NCBI GenBank assembly: GCA_043228905.1
Contig: JBHGNT010000022.1
Span: forward strand, 10,292,001 to 10,356,000
Direction: 5' to 3'
DNA: 64,000 nt
From: Azolla caroliniana
Lineage: Eukaryota; Plantae; Polypodiophyta
In this document: positions 11,587 through 22,600 of the stretch, in pieces
How positions within the stretch are numbered: the stretch's first letter is position 1
Layout of the letters: each line of letters starts with the position of its first letter
Translations under genes and position numbers: made by a program
The notes under the pieces: generated by a model
Told to the model about the DNA's origin: nothing
The model's database searches: none
The model's input: only the letters and a program-made list of their open reading frames with translations

Positions 11587-14520
11587 TTGTGTAATGAGTA
11601 CAATATAGTATCATTTTTGTTGTCAAAAATATATTGTGCCATTCAAAACATCATTTGTTATTAACAAGTATTTGAGTGTTAATATTATCATGTGTAGGTA
11701 TGAAGGAAACAACTTTTTGTGCCTTGCAACGAATGCTAGTTGCTCGAGCATTCCACCGGTTTCATCAACACCAAAAAATAACACACCATTGATTATTCGA
11801 ATAGTGTGTGGTGTTTTAGTTGTACTTATTGTGATAATAGTTTTATGCATTTGCGTGTTGAAGAGGCGACTCACTCCTCAACAATCCACAAGTCATAAAA
11901 ACAGACCTCAACTAAATACAACTAAAACGGATTACCTAGATCATGGTAATGATTATGTCTTTACTTCTATGTCCATATACATCAATAGTTAATCTAGTCC
12001 AAGGTAATTTATATCTATGTTTTGTTGTAAATCCTTAAGATGTACCCATTTAAGGCCTAAATCAAGAAAAGTTTAAATCTAAATTAAATGCTTATGATAG
12101 AAATTGATAACATGTACCAGGATCTTTAACAATCCTCAATTTCAACATTCTCATAGAACCTAAATTTAATGCCACATATACTTTGATTGTGTCCTTCAAG
12201 GTATGCAAACATATTTGTGTTTATCCCATGGATCATGATTTGCCATTAATGAAAGTACTCCATCTCAATCACCAAATTAGCTGACCTTCACTACCATGTC
12301 GTGGTAGATTAACATGAGCATTTGTGACCTTCACTACCAATATTTATGTGGAGTTTTTAGGAAGCCAGAGTGCATATGTTCATGTTCCCCAAATCAAACC
12401 TAATTACATATGCTCTTTTAATGCTTAAATGAAAAAGAGTAAGTAGCCAAATAATATTTTCTTACAAACATAGTCATTGGTAAAGTATTCTAGTGTTGAA
12501 TATGAATACCAATTCAGAATTCTTGTCATTTCATCATGAAAGGTTTCATAATTAATAGGATCAATTTACATTTTTTGGAATTTAATTTAACTTTAATCTA
12601 TTGCTTATAAATGAGCTCATATTTCTTGCATATCTTCTATAGGTGTTAGCCATAGAAGAGTACTTGAAGCTACAAATGTTGCACAAAGCTTTATTTTTGA
12701 AGACATTCGAATTGCGACCAACAATTTCCAAAACAATCCTTGGTAAAGGTGGTTTTGGCATTGTATATAAGGGCATTTTGACAAATGGAGTGGTTGTAGC
12801 AGTTAAAGTTTTATCCAATGCATCACACCACGGAGTAAACGAATTTCTCAATGAGGTATTTGCAAAAATGAATTTTCGCACATATACACGTCATTCTTGA
12901 TTCTTGACGTATTACTAGCAATGATGGGAGAATTCCTAGTGAACACTTGCTAATTTGTTGTTTTTCTTAACATTTCGACTATAGGTAACCCTGCTCTCTC
13001 GAGTGCATCATAAGAACCTCGTGGACTTGGTAGGATATTTTATTGACAATAAGTTGGTACTTGTTTATGAATATATGTCAGAGGGATCAATTTTTTATGC
13101 TCTTTTTGGTAAGTATGATAATAGTTCCACTAAAATTTATCATCATCATATGTACCTAAGGTAATACAATAAGAGATCATGACATTATTTTTTATATTAT
13201 ACATTATGTGTTACTTGATTGTAGTTTTGTGCAAAATAATAACACTTTAAAATGTGTTCCATGCAAAACAATGAAGGCAATACACGGACAATAGCCTTGA
13301 AGTGGAGAGAAAGATTGCAAATTTTGTTAGATGTTGCTCAAGGTGATAAATTTTAGTTAAATTAACGTTTAGTCAATAGTATATGTATGAGTGTATGTGT
13401 GGATTTATGGTATTTGAAGCTTTTCAAGTATCTAAACTCATCTTAAAAGGTGTTCCTTGTAGGGCTTGCTTATCTACACACCAGGTGCAACTCTTTGATC
13501 ATCCATAGGGATGTCAAGAGTAGTAACATTTTGTTGACCAAAAAGTTGGAAGGAAAAATGTCTGATTTTGGTATATCAAGGCTACAAGCCATGCCGAGGT
13601 CATCTCAACAAGGTTGATCGGTAGCATGGGAAATTTGGATCCTGAGTATGTTTTCATATATTGCCTTTATGCATACAATGTTTTTGAAATTAGCATTTTA
13701 AATTATTTAATCTTAATTAGCACAACTATTTGTAGTAGCTTTTGATGCTAGGAGTGAAACTTGAAGTTTTTATCAAGAATGTAGTTTGTGAAACCACAAA
13801 TTATTTCCCCAAAATCATGACTTCTTTCAATGGCCTTTTAAATTAGGCATGCAATGACATTCAAATTGACAGAAAAAGTTGATGTATATAGTTTTGGGGT
13901 AGTTTTGTTCGAAGCTATATGTGGTCAACTTCCTTTAGTAAGAGGCACAGAAACAGGAGATACAAACATTCACATATCCCAATGGGTAACCACTACGAGC
14001 AAGACTACTCATATTGGAGCTAGTGAGGGGAATTAAAGAAAGGCCGATTAGTATTAAGTCATATCTTGGGAAAGAATATGATCACAATGAATACGAGAGT
14101 ATGATAATAATATATTTCTTAATTTCTCTCTTTATTAACAATATAAGTTAATTTTTATTGGGCATGCCTCATCTAAAGTCTTTTGTGGAAGTTGTTCGTC
14201 AAGAATTATTATTGCAACCAGATACATGATTGACAAGCAACATCCTTGTTAAAAATGTGATGTTCCTGATGGTTCTCTTGAGGTGAAGATTTTGTATGAA
14301 CAATAAGATAAAGAGGAAATCAGTGCACGTTTCATCGTGCACTACCACTCCCACACAAACATGTCTAATTTAGCTACCAATGCACTATTAGTTGGCCTTC
14401 AGTAGTAGCATGCACTTTAGGATTTGACAAAAGCAAAAACATTTTTGCAAACCAGTATATTGTACAAAAAAATCATGTATTTGACAGAAGGAAAAACCTT
14501 TTTGCAAACCAGTATATTGC
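11587..14520 (+). pseudogene. Partial duplicate of the LRR receptor kinase (TM and kinase exons) joined to its downstream flank
   Basis: 11587-13992 aligns with ~37984-40403, with frameshifts near 12729 and 13590. 13993-14520 aligns with 45034-45561. Confidence 0.92.
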
Positions 14521-16893
14521 GAAGTCATTTGGCTGAAACAGCTATTACGGGTTCTGCACGTAGAGGTGTCTAATCGAATGACGATCTATTGTGACAACCT
14601 CAGCAGCATCCACCTTGTGAAAAACCCTGTATTCCACGCTCAAACTAAGCACATTGAGGTGCACTACCATTTTTTCCTCGAGTGTGTCCTTTCTCATGAA
14701 GTCGAACTGGCGTATGTTCCGACGGGTCGGCAAATTGCTGACATCTTCACCAAGCCCCTGTTGGGAAATCGGTTCCTCCGAATTGGACCCAGTAATGAAT
14801 GAAGAGGACCTGGTGAGAACCGGAAGACATCCGGAAACGGGAGGAGACCTGGTGAGATCCGGAAGACATCCGGAAACCGGAGGAGAGCCGGTGAGAACCG
14901 GAAGAGAAGACATATTTGTAAATATGTTTTGAATAAGCCTATTGAGGCTATATTTGTAAATAGCCCTAAGTCCATATAAGTATAAATATGACAGGGAAAC
15001 CACTTTAGGTGTGTGTGTGAGTTATTGTTGTCATACAGTTGTACAGAGAGAGCGGGAGAGAGCGGGAGAGAGTGAGATACAGAGTGATACTTTGTTGTAA
15101 CCGCCGATTGGCGAAGATACAGAGCTCAAGGTCATTGCCTCTGAGACTCTAATTGTACTTTTCTCCTATAGTGATAGTTGGAGTCCGTGAGGTCCCGTGG
15201 TTTTTCCCATTTAGGGTTTTCCACGTAAACATCCTGTGTATTTCCTTTGTGTACTTTCCATTTCCCATTTTTGTGCTTCATTCCAAGTGAAGTGTTCAAG
15301 ACTCAGTTGTGGTCGAGCAATATTCCACGCTATTCTCGTCAATCTGGTATTAGAGCAAACAACACAGGAAATGGAAGAATCGTTCGGCGGCATGTTCAAG
15401 CTCACTGGCTCCAACTACTCAATGTGGAAGTCGAAGATGAGAGATATGCTGGTGGTTAAAGATCTTTGGTTGCTGGTTCAGTTCGGGGACAAGAGACCAG
15501 TTAAGATCCAAGTCACAATGTGGGAGGTGATGCCCATGAAGACAACGACATACATTCGGTGCTTCATCGACATGAGCTTGTACAACAACTTCAATGAAGA
15601 GAGCAAGGTTCATGAACTCTGGGAGAAGATCAGCATCATGTTCCAGAACAAAACCGAACCTCCTTCCGGTTAAGACCACTAATGAGACGGAATGCACCAT
15701 TGGAGCTGGTGCATACCAATGTGTGTCAAGTGGACACGAAGTCACATGCCAGATCGCAGTACTTCATGGCGTTCATAGATGACCACAGCCGGAAGCTGTG
15801 GGTCTCACCATTGAAGACAAAGGATTAGGTGTTATTCTTTCAAGGAGCTCCACGCGAGAGTGGACAGAGAAACCGATCAGAAGCTAAAGGCGGTTCGAGC
15901 AGATAACGGAGGAGAATACCGGGGGCAGTTCGAGGAGTACTGGTGGTCGAAGGGAATCCGGCTCGAGTTTATTGTGCCGAAGACGCCGGAACTAAACGGG
16001 CTAGCTGAAAGGATGAACCAGTGCATGCTAGCACATGGAAAGTTACCCAAGACGTTTTGGGCTAAGGCACTGACGACGACGACCTATGTGATAAATAGAT
16101 CACCCTCAGCATCCCTGGAAGGAGACTCACCTCAGAAAGTATGGACTGGCAAAGATATATCTTACCGGCATCTAAAGGTGTTCGGGTTTCTCGCATACGT
16201 GCATGTGGCGAAGGACAAGAGAGCAAAGTTGGATCCGAAGTTCCGGCCATGCATATTCCTTGGCTACAATGATGATGAGTTCGGTTATTACATGTGGGAT
16301 CTGGTCAACAAGAAGGTGCTCTGAAGTCGGGACATAGTCTTCATGGAAGACAGGACCATTGCCGACTGGGAGTCGGAGAAGAAGATGATCAACTTCGGAT
16401 CATCCAATGAAAACCGGCCTGAGGACACAAGCACCTACCCGGTTGAAAACCGGATGTTAGCCGGCAACCGAATGACACTCGACGAACCGGCCGGATACGG
16501 ACAGGAAACCGAACCGACCGAAGAAGAAGAAGAAGAAGAAGAAGACACCGGAACCAAACAAGATCCCAAATCGGATTCGGATCGGAACAAACAGAGGAAG
16601 CGGTAGTCAGAAACCAAGGACGGGGATATCCTCTCCGGGAGAGAAGAGCCCCTCGGAGATTTTCGGATGCAGAGCATGTGTTGCTAACCGATGAGGGGGA
16701 GCCGGAAAGCTTTGAAGAAGCAAAGGGAGACACCCATAGCCGCAAGTGGTTGAGTGCCATGCAAGATGAGATGGATTCCCTGCACGAGAACCACACATAT
16801 GAATTGGTGGAGTTGCCGAAAGGAAAGAGGGCACTCCGGAACAAGTGGGTGTACAAGTTGAAACCGGGAGATGCTAGAAATCCACCCAAGTAT

Positions 16894-17240
16894 TGTTACC
16901 CCTGTAAGAATATACGGGGAGGCATAAGGGTAGGTGTAATGATGTGGTTGATGTATATGTGTAAAGTAAATGAGTGTGTGAGGATGAGTATGTGTATGGA
17001 CACATGCACAATTATGTGCATGTGTACAAGAATGTGTAATGGTCTTATTTATAACGGTCATGTAACCGTTACATTGGATGTATTATATAAACCCCCTATG
17101 GGGTATGTAATGAGATAACCTTTTTTCCCTCTCACATTTGTGTCATTTTCTATTTGTCTTTCTCTCTTGTTTTCCCTCACACGTAACCCCCTTGGGAGGG
17201 GGGTGGAGCCATTCTAGGCTTCACCCCCTACCCATTAATA
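16894..17240. mobile_element. Solo LTR (347 bp) inserted in copia RT
   Basis: TGTTA...TAATA ends. TSD AGTAT/GGTAT. The RT frame resumes (YKARILVKG) after the insert. Confidence 0.8.
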
Positions 17241-17496
17241 GGTATAAGGCCCGAATCTTGGTGAAGGGCTTCTAGCATAAGAAAGGATTGAACTTCGATG
17301 AGATCTTTGCCCCGGTAGTAAAGATGACTTCCATCCGGACAATATTGGGCATAGCGGCAAGCATGGAGCTCGAGGTAGACCAACTGGACGTCAAGACGGC
17401 ATTTCTACATGGCGACCTCGAAGAAGAAATCTACATACATCAACCGGAAGGATTTGAGAAGAAAGGGAAGGAGCACCTGGTGTGCCGGCTGAAGAA

Positions 17497-17752
17497 GAAC
17501 CGGAACCGGCCGGCAAGCAAAACCGGAACCGAAACCGGCAAGCAAACCGGAACCGGAATCGGCAAGCAAACCGGAACCGGCCGGCAAGCAAAACCGGAAC
17601 CGGAACCGGCAAGCAAACCGGAACCGGTCGGCAAGCAAAACCGGAAACCGGCCGGCAAGCAAAACCGGAACCGGAACCGGCAAGCAAACCGGAACCAGTC
17701 GGCAAGCAAAATCGGAACCGGAGCCGACCGGCAAGCAAAATGGAACCGGCTA
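17497..17752. repeat. Minisatellite of GGCAAGCAAAACCGGAACC-type units, ~20-30 bp each
   Basis: About 10 imperfect tandem copies are directly visible. Confidence 0.9.
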
Positions 17753-18392
17753 CCGGACGATGTTGGACGCGGACGGACGAAAGATTGGATCATGCAACAA
17801 ACTAAAGTAAAGTGAAGAGAACTAAAGTAAAGGCCATGTGGACGCAAGCAACTAAAGAAGGGAGTGCATGGAAAAAGTAAAGGTCATGTGGACAGTCACA
17901 TGCAACCAAAAGAAAAAGCTAGGCAACTAAAAGTAGAGGCCATGCAACAAAAAGTGAAAAGGCTATGATCAAGAGAGAACTCCATTTTTATTCCATTTTT
18001 TTTTCCTACACTAGGATAGACTCTCCATATTATCTTAATTTTTCTTGTCCTTCTCAACTCTCTTATCTTAGGGAAGCGATAACACTCAAAAACCCTAATC
18101 TTCCCTACGGAAGCCATAATACTCATATAACCTAATCCTAATCTTCCCTACGGAAGCCATATCTCTCAAAACCCCTAATTTTTCTTTTCTATTAATCATA
18201 GTAAACCTAAAACTTCTAAATCCCAATCTTGGGACATATTGTAATTTCTTTTTCCTTTGTTAATGAAAATTATTAAATTTCTTCTTTTTGTTAATTGTTA
18301 AAAATATAAACGTACACATGTGATTATCCTCTGGTCGGAGGCCCCGGGGTCTTGCCTCAAAGTTCACGTATCCTCGTCGTATTTTCGCGACA
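17497..18392. mobile_element. Probable truncated LTR of another element replacing the copia 3' internal region
   Basis: Foreign sequence ending ...TTTTCGCGACA, an LTR-like terminus, just inside the copia 3' LTR. Confidence 0.55.
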
Positions 18393-18931
18393 CCGGTAAT
18401 GAATGAAGAGGACCCGGTGAGATCCAGAAGAGATACAGAAACCGGAGGAGAGCCCGTGAGAACCGGAAGATAAGACATATCTGTAAATATGTTTTGAGTA
18501 AGCCTATTGAGGCTATATTTGTAAATAGCCCTAAGTCCATATAAGTATAAATATGACTTAGGGCAACCACTTCAGGTGTGTGTGAGTTATTGTTGTCATA
18601 TTGTTGTACAGAGAGAGGGACAGAGAGCGGGAGAGAGTGAGATACAGAGCGATACTCTGTTGTAACCGTTGGTTGGCGAAGATACAGAGCTCGAGGTCGT
18701 TGCCTCCGAGACTCTGATTGTACTTTTCTCCTATAGTGATAGTTGGAGTCCGTGGGGTCCTGTGGTTTTTCCCATTTAGGGTTTTCCACGTAAACATCCT
18801 GTGTATTTCCTTTGTGTACTTTCCATTTCCCATTTTTGTGTTTCATTCCAAGTGAAGTATTCAAGACTCGGTTGTGGCCGAGCAATATTCCGCGCTATTC
18901 TCGTCAGCCCCTTGGTCTCGACAAGTTACTG

Positions 18932-19635
18932 TGTCGTGCCCTTCGGCTCCGGATCGTTGCGTGAGTCGGGTGGGAACCGCCGAGGTTTTTGACTAGGAGG
19001 AAGAGGAATACAACTTAAGGCTAGTTAAGAATAGTGGAAAGAGAAGTAAGATAGCAATCTCGTGAATCCCACGAGTTTAGTGTAATTAAAACAATATTTA
19101 GATTATAAGAGCAATTAGATGGCAAAATTCGTGAATCCCACGAATATATTAGATTGATCCAACCTTGTATATTAATCAACAACCTTATACATATTTCTCT
19201 CCTCCTTATATAAAGATGGAAGAGGCTAAGCATGGCTTCATGCTTTTTCACCTAAAGTGTCCATGCACACTAAATGTGCATGTGATGCTTTGTCATTTCC
19301 TAAATATAGGGCTCATGCACGCTAGATGTGCATGAGTCACTTTTAATGGCACGTGTAAATAAAATATTCACACTCTAAAGAATACATGATTTTTACCTTT
19401 TAATAAAGGTATGTGTAAATAAAGGTCTTATACGTATTAAATCTATATTTATAACACTAAAGATAAGTTATTACAATGGTAAAGTTGGGGTTTATCTATG
19501 TGGAGGTGCATGGTTCAAATCCTACCCTATGCATGTGATAAATTCTTTTGATATATTATTTATTTATTTATATGTATCTAAAATCGGATATATTATTTTA
19601 TGGTTTTCACGTAGTGTGTGGAATACACTACGACA
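18932..19635. mobile_element. Solo LTR (704 bp), gypsy-like termini
   Basis: TGTCGT...ACGACA ends. 4-bp flanks ACTG/ACGG. The host copia frame is restored on removal. Confidence 0.78.
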
Positions 19636-19679
19636 ACGGCATTTCTCGGTTGAGTTGCGTTTGCGTCACCTCGACACGC

Positions 19680-22600
19680 TGTCGTGAAGAAAACCGTCCC
19701 TTGGCGCAATCAGTGGATAGCGCACATGAATCGGCCCTTCACGTGTGCGCGCTCTTAGTGTATATAATAGAGAATTAGGTACAGAGAGAGATCCGGGGTA
19801 GTTAGATTCGGTAGGTAGGAAGTAAATGAGGGAGACGGCTCCCCTCTTGACGCTATAAAGGAGAGGGAGACGCAGGGGGGAAAGGGGCATTATTTTTTTG
19901 AGGAGGACGAAGTGTTGTCGGACCGGAATCGAACACTTCTCCTCTGTCTGTTCTCTGTTGCTCGTCTCTGCAGGTTTCGGGAGGCTCGTGCTGCTTCGAG
20001 GAACGCCCGTGTGCTTCCGGCAACACCTTCATCCTATCCCCGTTTCGTGCGCAGAAGAACAGGCATCGGCATCTGTTCGCCGGCCTGTTCGGTCGTAGCC
20101 GCTCACGTGTTCTGTTGTGTACTTTTTATTCGTTAATATACAAACACTTGTCTCTCCCTGTCTCTGTGTCCATTCGCGTCTTTGTGTTGACGGGCCACGC
20201 CCGTGTGTTTCTTTGCTCATACGTGACCGGGCGTCTCTCTCCTTCTCTTTCCCCTCCTATCACCTGCCCTTCGGTTCAAGACCCCGGTGGTCCCACCTCG
20301 TTTCTCCACGCATGCGCGTAACAACACGACATCTTTGGTGAACCCGACGTGAAACAGGCGGCAGAGGAGCAAAAGATGAGGGGGTCGGATCTTGCAGAGG
20401 CCAGCCATGGCTTCGGCCGTGGACCGAATAGTGAGCGCGCGCGAGGGCACCGGCGCCCTTGACAGGGCTATTAAGGCGATCGTCGGTACGATCGGCCGAT
20501 TCAGTGGAAAGGATGCCACGAGTTATTTGGCGTCCTACCGGGCGGAGATGTTGATGAGGGATATTCCGGAAGAGAGGTGTCTTGCCGGATTCCCTCGAGT
20601 GGCGATGTCGGGCATCCATGCAGAGGTGCTCGAGGTTCGGGCAAAGAGCCGGACCTGGGAAGAGTTCGAAGGACGGCTCCTGGAGAAATACGGGCTGGAT
20701 GACGCGCTTCGACTTTCGAAACGGAGCTTCATGGAGTGGGTGGAGTCCCCCAACAAAGGAAGAAATGCGTCGGTACTCCTCCGGGAGTTTGAGGAACGCT
20801 TTGCGCGCCTTTCGGCGCTCGATCGGACTGTTATGGACACAAGTCGTGTCCTACTGTTTGTCAAATCGGTTGACACACGGGATCGGGGGCAAGTTGGCTG
20901 CTTACTGGAAACCGAAGATGGGCTGACGACCGACTGGGCTGCGGTAAAGAGAGTCTGCGGCCGTTTTGACAAACGGTGGGAGTGGGCTGATATAGAGGCG
21001 ACCGGGGCGGGACCAATCGCAACAAGGAAGCTCGAACCAATACCGCAGGCACGAAGGGAAGAGACCCGGGAGTGGCTCGAAACCGGTTCGTCTTCGACCG
21101 GCGTGATCAAAGGTTCGTCCGTGGGAATGGCTCTGGAGGAGTTGACACGAGCGGTAAAGGATCTCCAAATCGCCCAGGTTCGGAGGGAAGGCGGCGATCA
21201 GGCTCGTGACTGACGACCTCCGGCAGGGAGTAGGTGCATGTGGTGCGACGAGGTCGGCCACATCCGGAAAGACTACGGGGACTTTATGGAGGCTTTGAGA
21301 AGCCGGGTAGTGTACCTGTGGGAAGGTCGGGTGCACGTCAGCGATACCCGGAGGGCCCTGAACCGAAACGACGGGAGAGGAGGAATGAAAAGGCTGATGG
21401 AAGAGGCGGCAGCCCGGCACGTGGAGACCGTCCACTACTCAGCGTCAGCCAGTATTCGGGTCGGGGGCAGCGGGGCCCGGAAGGAGAGCAAAGCCGAATT
21501 CTGGCCGACGGTGCTGGAAGGCCTCACCGGTGCCCGACTGAAGAGAGACGAGGCGGACCGCGCGGAGAAGCGGGTCCAGGAGGTAACCGGGTGGAGTGAC
21601 CCGGTCGAAGAAAAGACGGGTTTCGTCGAAGCAGCTTGCCAGAACTACGAGGCTCTGGTTGAAGACAAACGGGTAGGTAAAAACGGAGGGGCCGGACCCT
21701 CACAGAGATACGAAACCCGATTCGGGCCGAAACGGAACGAGGCCGGCGAGTCCAGTCCCCGGGATAACCACAAGAAGGGCGGATACCGGTTGGGCACGGA
21801 GATCGAAAGGACCACGGACCTACGAAAGGTCCTGGAAGAACGAATCCTCGACAGCAAGGTGGAACTGCCGTTGCGAGAGGTGCTCGGGATAGCCAAGAAG
21901 GAGTTCCACAACTCCATCGTGGACTTGGTGAAGAGGAAGAGGCTGTCGACGGAGGTAGAACCGGACAAGCCGGTGGAAGTGCGGACGGCGCACATAGAGG
22001 ACATGGCGGTGGAAGACGAGTGGGCGGAGAGCCACTATTCAAGGCCACACTAGGCCCGAGTGACCACGGAAACCCCGGTGAAAATCAGAGATGTTCAGGA
22101 ACCGGTGGTGGCACTGGTGGACCATGGTTCGGAAATAAACCTGATGTCCATGGACTTCTACAAAAAGGGGAAGTGGCCGATCAACACTAAGCACGGGTGG
22201 AAGATACGGGCGGCGACGCGCGCCACCGAGGAACTACACGGGGCCTGCCCAAACGTGCGAGTCAAGATCAGGGACGTCGAAATAGACTAGCACTTCTTTG
22301 TGCAGGAAACGTCCTCGCACCCGGTCATTCTAGGGGAACCATACATTACGGCGGCGCGAATGGAGACCAAGGTGCTAGACAACGGGTCGGCTTACGCGAG
22401 GGTCAAGAGCCAGGACGGGCGTCATTCGGTCCTGTTCCTGACGGTACGACCCAACCACGAGTCCCTCGGTGGTGAGAACCGAGAGGATTTTTAGAGAGGG
22501 CTGCCAAGGCGTGGGGCCGCGACAGTCCAGACACTCCGGGAAAACCCCACAAATGTACGATAAAATCGAAACCAAAGAAGCCTTGTACCATAAGAAGGAA

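Larger units (their letters stand above)
14759..18906 (+). mobile_element. Ty1/copia (Tnt1/Tork-like) element, internally deleted
   Basis: 5' LTR 14759-15341. PBS TGGTATTAGAGC. Gag, integrase and RT fragments. 3' LTR 18393-18906, 5'-truncated. TSD GCCCC on both sides. Confidence 0.92.

Noticed and set aside
19608-19635. Helitron 3' hairpin
   Set aside because: No CTRR end follows, and the hairpin coincides with a solo-LTR terminus.
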